A stretch of 64,000 nt of DNA from Octopus bimaculoides (Eukaryota). The notes beneath the pieces were generated by a model, which was not told the origin of the DNA, did no database searches, and was given only the letters and a program-made list of their open reading frames with translations. Made by a program: the position numbers and the translations under genes. The number at the start of each line of letters is the position of its first letter. The first letter of the stretch is position 1. Shown here one piece after another: positions 11,471 through 26,089 of this stretch. The DNA is taken from positions 33,145,489 to 33,209,488 of the forward strand of contig NC_068995.1 in NCBI RefSeq assembly GCF_001194135.2, in the 5' to 3' direction.

Positions 11471-12547
11471 ATGGAGATGAAGGAAGTTAAAGTGGAAATT
11501 GCAAATATAAAGAAACACTTTAAGTTGTTAAAGAAGGAGGGGGACTGCCTGCGGCTTAGTCCTCCCAAAGAAGTGATGGGAAACGCTGAAAAAAGAATTA
11601 TAATGTATAAGACACTAAACATAACATTAAAGAATATTGATATAGCAGAAGTTGAAGCAATAGAGAATTGCTTAAGCGGAAGTAAGGAAGAAATAGTGTT
11701 CTACACGAGAGGAAAGAAACACGGAACTGTAAAGGTGTATTTTAAGAACAAAACAGATGCGAAGAGGTATTCTACCATACCTCTAAGAACGGAGAAGTGG
11801 GCTCTTTTGCCAGTATATTGCGGCAGAAGAGCCGTAAAGATAAGAATCGGGAAAGTACCACTGGAAATAGATTTAGAATGGCTGGTGGCAGCAGTAATCT
11901 ATAATTGCAAAGAAGAGGTAGAAATCATAAAAGTGGAGAAGTCTAAAGAGATCAACTGGTGGGGTTTTGGGTTGGAAATTCTAACCCATATAACCCTGCC
12001 TGACCTGCAAAACGTCGCAGAGGAGTTGGTGCTCCCCGATGACACCTGACTGAGAGTTGTGGTAGAGCGCAGGCCACCCGTATGCTATAGATGTGGAAGT
12101 AGGAGACACATACAGGTAGTGTGTCCCCGTAGAGAGGTTCAAGTGGTAGAAACAGAGATCTGTGAAGATGAAATGGTAGAGGTCGAACAAGAAGAGCTAG
12201 AGGAAAAGCAGGAGGAGATTGTGGAGAGTGAGGAAAGTTTAGAAGGAACAGATAGAAAATGTATGCAGACTGAATCGCCGCCAAAGACCCCACCCAAAAA
12301 AAAGAGAGGAGGAAAGAAAAAGAAAACAGAGAATGAAAAGGAAACCGAAAAAGACGAAACTGAGAATCGAACCCAAGACACAGAGCATGAAAAAGATTTA
12401 ACGAGAAGGGAAAAGTGGATAAATTGGTGGGAAATGATGATAAACCAGAAGGATATAGTGAGGATGGAAGGAAAGGTAGTTGGAAAAGTAGAATATGAAA
12501 ATATCAGAACAGTGGTTTTTTTGTCACACGCCAGGGGTAAACACTAG
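11471..12547 (+). mobile_element. L1/Tx1-like ORF1 (gag-like, CCHC zinc knuckle) with one in-frame stop
   Basis: The ORFs at 11381-12049 and 12059-12547 are in the same frame, separated by TGA. Contains LRVVVERRPPVCYRCGSRRHIQVVCP (CX2CX4HX4C) and an acidic/basic C-terminus. Confidence 0.7.
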
Positions 12548-13675
12548 AAGTAGTTGATAGCTTCTGTTATCTAGATGACCAAGACAGTAGCGGGGGTGGA
12601 TGCTCTGAGAGTGTAGCAGCTAGAATAAAAATAGCCTGGGCAAAGTTCAGAGAGCTCCTACCTCTGCTGGTGGCAAAGAGCCTTTCACTCAGAGTAAAAA
12701 TTAGACTGTATGACGCATGTGTGCGAACAGCCATGCTACATGGCAGTGAAACATGGGCCATGATTGCTGAGGACATGCATAAGCTTGCAAGGAATGAAGC
12801 CAGTATGCTCTGCTGGACATGTAATGTCAGTGTGCATACACGACAGAGTGTAAGCAACCTAAAAGAAAAGTTGGACTTCAGAAGCATTAGATGTGGTGTG
12901 CAAGAGAGACAACAGCACTAGTATGATCATGTGCTGCATATGGATGAGGACAGCTGTGTGAAAAAGTGTCACACCCTAGCAGTAGAGGGAACCTGTGGAA
13001 GAGGTGGACCCAGGAAGACTTGGGATAAGATGGTGAAGCATGGCCTTCAAACATTGGACATCACAGAGGCGATGACGAGTGACCAAGACCTTTGGAGATA
13101 TGCTGTGCTTGAGAAGACCCAGCAAGCCAAGTGAGACCGTAACCATGGCCTAAGCCAGTGCAGCATAACTTGCCCCCATTTAGGAGTACCATTCAATTAT
13201 TGAGGCAATAAACTGTACTTGCGAAGACCTGTTGAGTCAAGTGAAGTCGTTGTTCTGGCCGATGCCAGTACTACCTAACTGGTACCCATGCTAGTGGCAT
13301 GTAAAAGGCACCATTCAAGCATGGTCATTGCCAGTGCTGCCTGGCTGGTTCCCGTGCCAGTGGCACATAAAAAGCACCATTCGAGCATGGTCGTTGCCAG
13401 TGCCACCTAATTGGCTCCTGTGTTTGTGGCATGTAAAAAGCACCATTTAAGTATGGTCGATGCCAGTACCACTTGACTGGCTCTTGTGCTGGTGGAACGT
13501 AAAAAGCACCCACTGCACTCTTGAAGTGGTTGTCGTTAGGAAGGGCATCCAGCTGTAGAAACATTGCCAGATCATATTGAAGCCTGGTACTGCCTTCTGG
13601 CTTGCCAGTCCTCAGTCAAACCATCTAACCCATGCCAGCATGGAAAGTGGACGTTAAACAATGATGATGATGATA
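12524..13675 (+). mobile_element. 5'-truncated RTE LINE (RT C-terminus, 3' UTR with tandem units, (TGA)n tail)
   Basis: LEVVDSFCYL…WAKFRELLPL…LYDACVRTAMLHGSETW…GRGGPRKTW…, then UTR and tail. It defines the most abundant repeat in the window (tails at about 17240-17555, 18670-18890, 22245-22370, 23015-23330, 25110-25510, 52830-53010, 57255-57420). Confidence 0.9.
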
Positions 13676-16229
13676 TATATGTATATATAAGTGCAGGAGT
13701 GTTTGTGTGGTAAGAAGCTTGCTGCTTAACTACATGGTTCTGGGTTCAGTCCCACTACATGGCACCTTGGGCAAGTGTCTTCTACTATAGCCTTGGGCTG
13801 ACCAAAGCCTAGTGAGTGGATTTAATGGATGGAAACTGAAAGAAGCACGTCATATATATATATATATATGTGCGTGTGTGTGTATGTATGTATTTGTGTG
13901 TCTGTATTTGTCCCCCCACCGTCGCTTGGCAACCAATGTTGGTGTGTTTGTGTACCCATAACTTAGCAGCTCGGCAAAAGAGAGCAATAGAATGAGTACT
14001 AGGCTTACAAAGAATATATAAGTGTTTAATATTTAATATCATATAGATATTTGTGTGTGTGTGTGTAACTGATAAAGTAAATGCAATTTGTATTAGAAAT
14101 TTGCAGTTTTACTTTGATTAACATGCCAGCATTGTTGAGAGCAAACTTTTTGAAGGTTGTTTGCATGCTTTACTGCCTCTGACTATCACTTACTCCCACT
14201 CCATTTGTAACTCTGCTTTCCTCCAAACATGACCAACAGGACACACATTGCATTTAATTATATGTAATATATATATATATATATAAAATTGAACACACAT
14301 ACCTTGTGTATGTGTGTTAAACAAAACATACGCACACATACAGATAGATAGATAGATATCGTATTTATGTCTACCTCCATCTGGAACCATCTGTGGCTCA
14401 CCCTACCCCACAGCCATTTGAAAGTATCTGCTCTCTCTCTCTCTCTCTCCCTCTCCTCCCCTCCCATGACCCACTATAACCTCTCTTATGCTTCCTTCTT
14501 GCTCCTTGAGAGTTTGCTCTTACACCACCACCACCTTCCCCTCTCAAATTCTACCCTCTTCCTCTTTTTCCTTGTTCTCTTTCTGGCTTGCAAGTTTCAC
14601 ATAGCTTCTTAACTAATGCCCTTAGCATGAAAAAGCACTTGATATTCTCTGTAAAGTGTTTGGCATTGGGAAGACCATGCAGCTGTTGAAACCATGCCAA
14701 ATATGACGCTAGAGCTCAACACAATCTTGCATTTTGCTGGATCCTGTTAAACTGTCAAATCCATGTCACCATAAGAAATGGACATTAAATGCTGCTGCTG
14801 CTGCTGCTGATGATGATGATATATACTTATAAACACCCACACATGTGTGTGTATAAGTATATATGCTTATGTGTGTATACTCACACAGCTATACATCTGT
14901 GTATGATGACCAAGTGGTTAAAAATTTTACTTTGCAATCCTGAAGCCCAAGATCTGATCCCACTGTGTCGTATCTTAGGCATGTGTCATTTACCTCGGGT
15001 TCACCTAGGCCTTGGGGATGTAACTGGTTGTGGGGTAGGGGTCAGAAACTGTGAGAGCCTGTCAAATGGGCTGTACTTGTAATTCAAAATGCCTGCCGTG
15101 TCATACACAGTCTTACTGATTCTACCTCTGGAGTAATCTAAGGAGTATATTGAGGTTACATGTGTTGCTGAAGTGAATACTCAATTACATACAACATATT
15201 TGAATGACAGCAATTCAGCTGATCAAACAACTGTAATATTCATCATGAAAACTGACAAAGAATTGATGTTCTTATTTACCCATTCATCCAGATATTTTCA
15301 TTCATACATATTTACATATAAAAATAGATAAACATTAACACAATTAAGCAATCAATATTTAGCATGCCTTTCTTCATTAATGGAGTTATATAGATTTAGG
15401 GATCATAAATAATTAATGTTTAGTTTAGGACAATCAAGCAATGTACTCTTCGATTGACAGCAAATATACAAGAGGGAAATGGCCAATACATGTACACGTA
15501 TGCATCAGTATTGACTTGTTGCTTAGCAATAGTTTGACTTTTTTCTTTGAGTCCAGAGTTCAAATCCTATTGGTATTGATGCGATAAATACTTGGATTGA
15601 GAAGGTAGAGATACATTTATATAGGGACCCTACAAAGTTGGAACATATAGTAATGATTGTCACAAAGGACTTGATATTTATTGTAACAGAATTGTGCAAC
15701 AAAGCATTGTGAAATATGCATGCTGTTATATATTTAAAAATAGAAGGAGACAACACAATCATTTCCCAACCCCCATATATGTATATATGTGTATGAGGGT
15801 GTATATATGTGTATATATGTATACATACATACATACAAACATACATACACACATACATATATTTATATATAGGTGTGTGTTGAGTATATGTGTGTATTGA
15901 GTATATGTGTGTGTATGTGCGTAAATCCAATATAGTTCCACCATGGCATTTGACAACATAAAATTATCTTCCTTGAGGCCAATTTTTGAAAACACACACT
16001 TAAACAAATCTTGTATCCATCTACTTAAATTAGCACATGAAAGTTCAGAAGCTTCAATCACATATGATACTGGCATTTCAAGGATTAAAGAATAGATGCT
16101 GCTGCTGTTGCTGCTGTTGCTGTTGCTGCTGCTACTGATGATGATGCTGATGATGATGATGACGACGACAACGACAATGATGCAGAGAAAGAGGAGGAGA
16201 TATCAATAAATCATCAAGAGAAATAACAA

Positions 16230-16696
16230 CCTAAATGAAAACAAATTTTACTTCATGGAAGGAAAGGATGTTACAGAGGAAGAAAGGAGCTTTCTACAAC
16301 AGTTAAATGAGACATAAACTAGTGAAAGAAAGTGATTACCAGCTTTGAGTGGAATCAAAAGAGAAAAACTACATAAAGTAGTAAAGAAAATCAATGAGCT
16401 GTTGATGAAAATCTATGGTGAAAATATAATAGATTTTTTAAATCACCTTCTATACTGCACAGTGTCTGTTACTACAGAAATTCTTGATCAAGTAAAAAGC
16501 AAGGGGCAAAGACCCATGGTGGAAACAGAGACTTGAGAACCAAGTTGAATAGCTCAACAGAGATTCTGGAAGGATAAATGCAATAAATGAAAAGATGGTA
16601 AAGGAAAAACTCATGAATGAGTTCCAAAGAAAGTGAAACATTTGACTAAAAGAATTACAGTTTAAGAAGAGATAAAGCAAAAAATTAAGTCAATAT

Positions 16697-16732
<36 letters not shown>

Positions 16733-17810
16733 TACTAACAAAGAATAAACCAATGCCAGCAGAACAGACTCTTGAAAAACAATGAAAGGAAATGTTATCA
16801 ACAGCTAAATGAACATTAGGGGAATGATGTTACAGATACTGAAGCAGCCAGGAGCTCTTGGTCAGAAATTTGGAGTAAAGTTCAGCATAACATGGAAGTG
16901 GATTGGTTAAGGAAATTTAAAAGTGAATTGGAAAATAGATGAAAACAAGAAAATACAAATATTACAGATGGTTAAGTAAAAGCAATGCTTAAGAAAATAC
17001 CAAAATGGAAAATCCTCTAGATTAGATGGTGGTGTTCAGGAATTCTGGTTCAAAGATCTCGCAACCATGCAGAGAGAGATATACAACTGTTTCTTACTGA
17101 TTGTATAGAAAAATGGAACATCAACATGGATGACAAAACAAAGGGCAGTGCTAATATGGAAGGGCAAAAAAAAAAAAAGAGAGGAGACATCAGTGATTAC
17201 ATGCTTACAATTACTCTGGAAATTATTAACTGTCCTCAAGGCACCCATGCTGATGACACATAAAAGGCAAACATGCTAGTGATATATAAAAAGCACCTGG
17301 GTCAGTGATACATAAAAGACACCCATGCTGGTGACACATAAAGGGAACCATGCTGGTGACACATAAAAGACACCTAATACACTCTATGGAGTGGTTGGTG
17401 TTAGGAAGAACATCTAGCCATAGAAGCCAAGCTAAAACAGACTGGACCCTGGTGCAGCTCTCTGGCTTACCAGTTTCAGTCAAACTGTTTGACCAATGCC
17501 AACATGAAAAGCAGACGTTGGATGATGATGATCATGATGATGATGATGATGATGAAAGCAGGTCAAGTGTATAACTTTCTTGAGAAAGAGAATCTATTAC
17601 TAGAGGAACAAAAGGGATGCAAAAAATCAAGAGGAATTGTTGATGTGTTGTGTGTTGATTACATGATATTAAATGAGATATAAATAACAAAGAAGAAATT
17701 AGCCATTGGATGGATAGACTAAAAGACAGTTTAGGATAATGTTTCACACTACTAGCTCTTGGAGTGCTTAAAGATGCTCAAATTCAATGAGAAAATAAAG
17801 CTTGTTTTGG
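16230..17810 (+). mobile_element. Decayed R4/Dong-type non-LTR element, interrupted by an RTE tail (17240-17555)
   Basis: PWWKQRLE…AARSSWSEIWSK…KKIPKWK…GVQEFWFKDL…ITCLQLLWKLL; after the insert it resumes YNFLEKENLLLEEQKGCKKSRG. Confidence 0.7.
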
Positions 17811-17871
17811 ACAGAAATCTGGTTTAAGCACTCCATATAACTCCTCGTAACTGTTTTTATTTTTGGGAAGT

Positions 17872-18300
17872 TTCAGAAAATCTTGCAAATTTGTGTTCTA
17901 TAAATGGGAATTGATACGATTATGCAAACAACAAAAGAAAATTTTTTTTGTGTGTGATTTAGCTGTTATCTTTAACATATCTCATGACCACCTGATACCT
18001 TCCTTGTTTCTTTGTCACTCTGATATATATTGATGTTTTTCAATATTTTTTTCCCCATAAGCACATTTAATGTAATGATGATGCATCTGACAGTGGTCTA
18101 TTGCTGGGATTTAAGCAAAAAATTTGAATTGTCTGTATTTTAAACTATTATTTTTTTTTTAAATTGTAAAAGGGTGGAACTTTTATGGTTTATAGGGTGG
18201 GTTAAAAATTAAAAAAAATTTTTTTGTCATAATCATGAATTCCCATGTGTAGAACAAATTTGCAAAGATTTTCCTCTCTATCTTTTTTATCATTACTATA
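17872..18300. mobile_element. Old MITE-like element with degenerate inverted ends
   Basis: gaaaatcttgcaaatttgtgttctataaatgggaatt (about 17875) vs aattcccatgtgtagaacaaatttgcaaagattttc (about 18238-18273). Confidence 0.5.
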
Positions 18301-20759
18301 TTAGTGTGAAAGATCATGGTCCAGTGGTAATAATGTTACATTCATGATCATAAGATTATGATTTCAGTCCTTAGACCAAACAGTGTATTGTGTTCTTGAG
18401 CATAATACTTCATTTCCTGCTGCTCCAGTCTTTTCACCTTGCGGTGGTCTGGCAGTCCTTTCAAAGGGAATGTTGTGATCTCACTTACTTATATGCCTTA
18501 GGAACCAGGCAATCAATGCTATGAATCCTAGGACTTGAGACAGTACCTATTTACTCTTATGATTAACCTTGTGCCTTCTCCATTTAGATACTCCTGACTC
18601 ACTTGTCTCTCCACGTCTTGTCACCATTGCTGCTAGAACTATCCAAACTGGTGTTTCTGACTTATCCTTATCATCATTGTTTAGTGTCCTTTTTCTCTAC
18701 TGGTATGGGTAAGGCAGTTTGACTGGAGCTAGTAAGCTGAAAATTGCACCAGGCTCCAGTCTGTTTTGGCTTGGTTTCTATGGCTGGATGCTCTTCCTAA
18801 CATCAGCCACTCCACAGAGTGTACTGAATGTCTTTTATGTGTCACCACCAGCATGGGTGCCTTTGTTCGTGTTATTGGTACAGGTGCCTGTTTTTATTTC
18901 TACTCTAGGCACAAGGCCCAAAATTTGGGGGGAGGGGCCCAGTCAATTAGATCAACCCTAGTATGCAACTGGTACTTAATTTATTAACTTTGAAAGGATG
19001 AAAGGCAAAGTCGACCTCAGCGGAATTTGAACTCAGAACGTAAAAACAGATGAAATGTTGCTAAGTATTTTGCCTGGCATGCTAACATTTCTGCCAGCTC
19101 ACCGCCTTACAGATGCCTTTAACATGTCACTGGTCTGAGTACCTTTTACAATTTCACTCATACAGCTGCCTTTTATGTGTCACTGGCATGGATGCCTTTC
19201 ATGTGTCACCAGCAGTGGCCACGCCTACAATTTCACTAAGCTTGATGTATCTTCTCAAGCACAACAAATCACCAAAAGTCAAGGTACAATCTTCTTCAAA
19301 ATTAAAGTCATGTTGCACAGTTACGTCTATGTTCTTTTTTTGCATTGATTTTTGTTTGTGAGTTGTGATGTTTTGTGGATTGTCCATTTGTTAGTGGATG
19401 GAAAGTGTCTGTGAAAAACCATTGAATATATTTAGAAACAAAAAAATATAATCATGTACAAAAGAGAACCAACATTGTGTCTGCCTGGTACAGGGTAGAT
19501 TCCACATGTTTGATTGATTATTCAAGGGGTAAATAATCTGGTGAAAACAATTTCCATTCACATTGATAGATAAAAATCCCAGAAACTATTGGGGTGAGTG
19601 AGAACATGCCAAAACACTTTAAAATGATAACTCTTTCTAATTTTGCCACAAGTTAGACAATTTTCAGGGTACAGGCAAGTCAAATACAGCAACCCCGGTA
19701 CTAACCACCCTTCTTTACCAAAGGATAGCATCTGTTTGGCGTAAGATCCACAGACACTGAACAACTATGTGCAGGATTTTATTAACCTATGTACATCTTG
19801 GACAGGTCATTGGCATTTGTATGCCTGTTGAGATTGTCCTGAACATGTAGCATTCTTAAACCAAGGACATTTGGTAGTTGTCTACACTTCCCAACCTGAA
19901 AGTTCTGCAGAAGAGTTTGTAGCATGCTGCATTTTCAATTTGAACCAGGACTGTTTTCTTTTCAATTAGTAAGTTTTCATAAACACTAATTGGATCCTTC
20001 AAGCTGAGTGATGACATCATGAAATACTAATCAATGACAGTCAATGACGGCACATCAAATTCATTGACTGGTGTCAGCAAAGTATTGATGAATTGGAAGC
20101 TGTTGATTGCTAACCTAACTGATCTTCTGTAAAAATAACGTAAAAAAGAGGGAAAAAGCAATATATAAACAATCACACTGAGAAGAGATTACCTACAGAC
20201 AAGAAAGCCCCAAATTCAGTCATGCATCACATCAGGCACTATCTCCCTATCAGCTGACATGGCTAAGCAGATCCATCAATTATAAAGAGTCTGCAACATA
20301 ATGTGAACTAACTCCTATTAATCTGGGACTATATTATGATCTCTGACACTTACTAATCCACTCACCCTCCCTCTCTACCATGCTCCATCTCTTTCTCTCC
20401 CATCTATATAAAGTCACCCAAGCTGTCCAACTAAATCACTAATATGAGCAGAATTTTCTGACATTATTCTGTTGGTTTCTTTCATTGGAACAATCATGTT
20501 CCATACAACAGGGGATGAATTGAAAACAAATGACCACTCATCTTATTCATTCAACATCTTAATGTCACTCCTGTAACTACATTAATCTTTTCAAATTAAG
20601 GCAGAGGCCTTCTACAAAAGCCCACAATACTACAGCTGAGATATTCGTGGCTTAAATGCTGATCGATTTATAATAAATCAAATAAGTGTCTGATAGCTAC
20701 ACTGAAGCTCACCAGTCAGTTAATATGAGCTCAGAAAATAAGTCTAAAATTGAAGGTGC

Positions 20760-21050
20760 ATGGATTAGTGTTTAGGGTGTTCGTTCATGATTGCAAGGAT
20801 AGTAGTACATTGTATCCTTAAGCAAGATACTTTATTTCACATTGCTCCAGTTCACTCAGCTGGCAAAAATTAGTTGTACCTGTAATTCAAAGGGCTGGCC
20901 TTGTAACAATCTGTGTCATGCTGAATATCCCTAGGAACTACTTTAAGGGTATGTGTGTCTGTGGAATGCTCATCCACTTGCAGGTTAATTCCATGAGCAG
21001 GCTGTTCCATTGACTAAATCAACTGGAACACTCATCATCATAAACAATGG
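20760..21050 (+). mobile_element. SINE family 3 (also about 31383-31700 +; decayed copies about 14905-15240 and 18310-18520)
   Basis: Shared gagcaagacactttatttcac…ctccagtccactcagctggcaaaaatgag…gcaggctgttcc body downstream of a tRNA-like head. Confidence 0.7.
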
Positions 21051-22208
21051 AGTGGCAGGCCAGGCCTAACTCTAAAATCTGACGCCATTTACAAATCTTT
21101 TTTGCAAGTGAAACGATTATAGCATACCAGAAATCTGTTTCTTGCGAGAAATTATATCCCTTTAGTTTTAATGGCAATAGTATTAATAACTGAAACCTAA
21201 AAATACAAAGAAAATACAATTGAATAAAACAAACTTAACCAATCAGGAAATTAAGTAAAAATGTAAAATAAATTTAATTATCTCATATTGTAATAAAGGA
21301 AAGACTGCTGTAAAACAGAAAGTATTGTTATGACAACCAAGCTATGAACTGATAGTGAATGATAGCATATTGCTGAACATTCCATTATTGCATCATCGGC
21401 AATCTAATTAACAAAACAGACTAATTGGATAACCTTTGAAGTGTTTGCTTTGTCTCCCATACCTCTTTAAATCGCTATGTTTATTGTCATAAACTACTTC
21501 CCTTGCCATCTTTCATTTTCTCACACATACATATTTTCACTCAAACTGCTCCCTCGTCTATTTGATAGCTGTTTAGCCAAGCACCTACAAATCAGTTTCT
21601 CCCTCCTTCTCTCTCTATCTCTATCTCTATGTACATACATACATACATATATATACACATATATATACACACAAATACACTCACACATGCACACACATGC
21701 ATATACATACACACACATGCACAAATGCATATTTTATTTAGTTTCATTTTCTCCCTCCCTTCATTTAGTTTACCTCTATATTTCTAATTCATTTTCTCAT
21801 TTTCCTTTTACTGCCTCTCTTCTCTCTCTATCACCCTTTATTAATCTATTACACTATCAATCTGTTAGACTCTCTTTCCTCCCATCTTATTTTTACAACC
21901 TTATCTCTTATCTTTATCATTTTCTCACTAACTTTATGTTTCTATGCATATAGACAGTTAGAAAAGCACGCATACACAGACACTCACAGAAATATATACA
22001 TGTTTTCATACACACACACACAAACATACACATATAAGTATATATGCCTATAAATATCTCTCTCTCTCTATATATATATATATATCTATATATATATACA
22101 CACACACATACACACAGACACACACACATATATATATATATAATTATGTATATATATATATATATATATATAATTATGTATATATATGTATATATATGTA
22201 TAATTATG

Positions 22209-22248
<40 letters not shown>

Positions 22249-22670
22249 CTTGCCATGGAAACCAAGCCAAAACAGATGACTGGAACCTGGTGCAGCTCTC
22301 CGGCTTACCAGCTCTGTCAAACCATCTAACCCATGCCAGCATGGAAAATGAACAGTAAATGATGATGTTTGTGATACACACACACACATACACACACACA
22401 TACGCAAACACAAGCGCAAACACAACCCCCACCCCACCCCACACACACACGCACACAGAGTATACATATATATATATATGTGTGTGAATGTGTCAGTGAT
22501 TGTACTAATATTTCATAACGTATTAAAAATGCATTATCAAGCAAAATATCCATCCAAGTTTGCCATGAATTGACTTGGTGTTATATAATTTTAATTATAT
22601 AATATATAGATTAAAGAAACAGAAAAACATTTTAAGGAGAACTTATATGTATGTACACATACATAATATG

Positions 22671-22723
<53 letters not shown>

Positions 22724-24239
22724 ATCCATGCAAGTATGTATGTATATCTTTAATTTTAATCTGGAACACATTGTATTTCTACAAACATATTGCACTCTTA
22801 GCTGTGTAGCCAAAGCTTCACTAATCAGAAAGATAAGAGAGAATTTGAGTTTATCCAAACACTATATGTTACTTTGCATATATAGTCTGAACAGTGTAAA
22901 CAGACAACTTAAAACTATGTTTTTTTTTGTTTTTTTTTTATTTACACTCAATAGTAATAATCCAACATGAATCTTACAAAGTTACTCAGACTGCTTACGG
23001 AAAGTGTCAATAATTCATCATCATCATCATCACCATCATCGCTTAACATCCTCCTTCCATGCTGGCATGGGTTGGACGGTTGACAGGAGCTGGCCTGTGT
23101 CTGTTTTTACATGGTTTTTACAGCTGGATGCCCTTCCTAACACCAAACATTCCATAGAGTGGGCTGAGTGTTTTTTACATGGCACTCACACAGGCAAGGT
23201 CAGTTTTGGTGTGGTTTTTACAGCTGGATGCCCTTCCAAATGCCAACCACTTTACAGTGTGGACTGGGTGCTTTTTAAGTGAAACATGCACTGGTGGAGT
23301 CACCAAGTGACTTTGCAAAACAAGGTGTCTTTGAGAGAGGAGGGGGATATTGGAGGAGGTGATCCTGCATCAGATGATGGAAGAGTGTGACAGAAAGGCA
23401 GAAACAGATGTCTTGCTGTAGAGGAGGTCTATGGTTACCCAGTCAGAGAGAGAGAGGAAGAGAAAGAGAGGGAGGGAAAGAGAATAAAAGTTAACAAGAA
23501 TGAGGGCAGAAACAGTTACATAGAGAGAGGGCAGGAGTTAATAAGAAAGAGGTGTGCTGCTGTAAAGGGGATACATGGTTACCTAGTCAGAGGTAAGAGC
23601 AAGGGAAGGAGGGAGAGCAGAATGAGAGCAGAAACAGGTTTGTTATAGTAGAGGAAATACATAATTACTCGGCCAGAAAGGAGAGCAAGGGAACGAGAGA
23701 GAGAGAGAGAGAGAGAGAGCAGGAGACAGCAAGAGTAGGAAAGGGATGGCAGCAAGTTCCAGGGTATATTTGCAAGGAACGGGGATCAGGGCACAGATGG
23801 GATGGTAGAGTAAGAAAGAGAGAGATGAATGGTGGCAGGTGCAGGCTGGGTATCGCCAAGGAGTCACGAGTTAGGAGTGGGGTGAGGGATGCAGTGACTG
23901 GTGAGAATCTGGGTATATACGGGGGGAGGGGATGGGAGAAGCAACGATACAGTGAGCAGGGTAGTGAGGACTGGATTGGGGAGAGGGGGTGGGGAATGCT
24001 GTGCCTGTGTATGTAGAGGAGGAGGAAGATGAGAGGATGCAACAATACAGTGAGCAGGGTAGCAAGGACTGGATTAGGAAGTGGGAGATAATCATAGTGT
24101 ATGAAGAGGAAATGTGGGGAAGAGAAGAGAAACGAGGAGCGGGGAGAGGGGAATGCAATTAGGTTTGTTGGGGTAGGGTGTGTGAAAGTTTTATTGTTAT
24201 GTGTGAAAGTCTTAGTTATGTGTGCCCATGTCAGGTTTG

Positions 24240-25100
24240 CTGACATGGGCAGGTCTTCTCTAGAACCTCATTGCCAGACATCTAGGTCCAGTGTTATTTC
24301 CTCTGTGAGTCCCAGCATCCTGAGATCAGTCCTCATTACTTCATCCCATGTCTTCCTGGGTCTTCCTCTTCCACAAGTGCCATCCACTTTCAGCGACCAG
24401 CACTTTTTTATACAGCTGTCTTCATTCATATACATCACATGTCCAAACTGACATATTCTCCTCTCTTGCATGCTGCATTTGATTCCTCTTATGCCTAATT
24501 TTTCTCTCAACACATTTGCACTTTGTCATTCATGCACATTGATGCTGCACATTCAGCAGAGCATACTGTCTTCATTCCTCTCTAGTCTACCTACTCTACA
24601 CATGTCCTCCGCATTCAGAGCCCAAGTTTCACTACCATGGAGTATAGCTGTTCATACACAAGTATCATACAATTTACCTGTGACAGGTAAATTGTATGAT
24701 ACTTGAGAGAGTCTTTTTGTTGCCAACAGAGGCATTAACTCTCTGAACTTTCTCCATCCTATTCATATTCTAGAAAAAAATACTTTCAGAGCATCCACCC
24801 CCATTGCTGATTTGGTCACCTAGGTAACGGAAACTATCTACAACCTCAAGAGAGCCTCCTATTTGAGAGAGTCTAAGTCCCATGTGCTCTTAATGCTTAT
24901 TGTTCCTGCACCTCTGTCACACACAAAGATGACCTTATCTGTTAATCTACCTAATTCCACTGCATTTCTTATGTGTCCACAGCTTACATTTGGTGCAGTG
25001 AATGGAATTACTTTCCACTCCTTTCCTACAAATTGAGCAGGACCATTTACCTGATGGAATTAGTGTCTTATCTGCTTTCTTGCTAACAACTTTGGTCTTA
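24240..25100 (-). mobile_element. RTE LINE RT fragment
   Basis: Minus strand …SGKWSCSICRKG…LEVVDSFRYLGDQ…LREKLGIRG…GRGRPRKTWDEV. Confidence 0.85.
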
Positions 25101-25450
25101 GCTAACATCGAGCGTGATCGTTACCAGTGTCGCCTTACTGGCACTTGTGCTGGTGGCACATGAAAAAACATTCGAGCGAGGTCATTGCCAGTGCCGCTGG
25201 ACTGGCTCCTGTGCAGGTGGCATGTAAAAATCACCATTTGAGCGTGGCCGTTGCCAGTACCACCTGACTGGCCCTTGTTCCAGTGGCACATAAAAGCACC
25301 CACTACACTCTCGGAGTGGTTGGCGTTAGGAAGGGCATCCAGCTGTAGAAACTCTGCCAGATGAGATTGGAGCCTGGTGCAGCCATCTGGTTCGCCAGTC
25401 CTCAGTCAAATCGTCCAATCCATGCTAGCATGGAAAGCGGATATTAAAAA

Positions 25451-25509
<59 letters not shown>

Positions 25510-25658
25510 AGTAGTGTCAATAAATAGATTCAAATATTTACTTATCTATCTTGCAAGCTGATAAAATAAAATATATTTCAGTATATATTTACTATATGGC
25601 TCAAAATGTTTTTCATTCAGTTTATCTACACACACTCACACTGACACACAGACAGACA

Positions 25659-25744
<86 letters not shown>

Positions 25745-25799
25745 ATTAAAAGCACACCAATCTGAGACCAAACTCTCAAGAAACCTAACAAAAGGGGGT

Positions 25800-26022
25800 C
25801 TTGTTTCAGACTGGGAACTAGTGTCACAATGATGTCACATCTGTTATTGATGACTTTTTTGACCAACAGGATGAATGCTTCACCAATGAGATCCAATCAC
25901 TGCAACATCAATGAATGAAGTATGTGGACCACAAGCAGGGATTATGTTGAAATATAAACCTCATTTGGTCACATACCATGAGAGTTTCTTGATCAGCCTA
26001 TGAACTTTTCAACCAACTCTTG
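25800..26022 (+). mobile_element. Mariner 3' fragment with terminal TIR and TA
   Basis: Degenerate DDFFDQQDE…EIQSLQH…VDHK…YVE C-terminus; ends cctatgaacttttcaaccaactcttg|TA. Confidence 0.7.
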
Positions 26023-26089
26023 TAATGCAGCAATTTGGAGTAGTTTAAAGATGGTCAGATAGTAATTTTTGATATAGAATTAAAACCAA

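Noticed and set aside
16698-16730. Long poly-A as a retrocopy tail
   Set aside because: It lies inside the R4 reading frame, which continues on both sides, and no upstream processed gene or TSD is visible.
23665-24246. 193-aa minus-strand ORF
   Set aside because: Low-complexity CT/GA-rich sequence with no domain or splice support.
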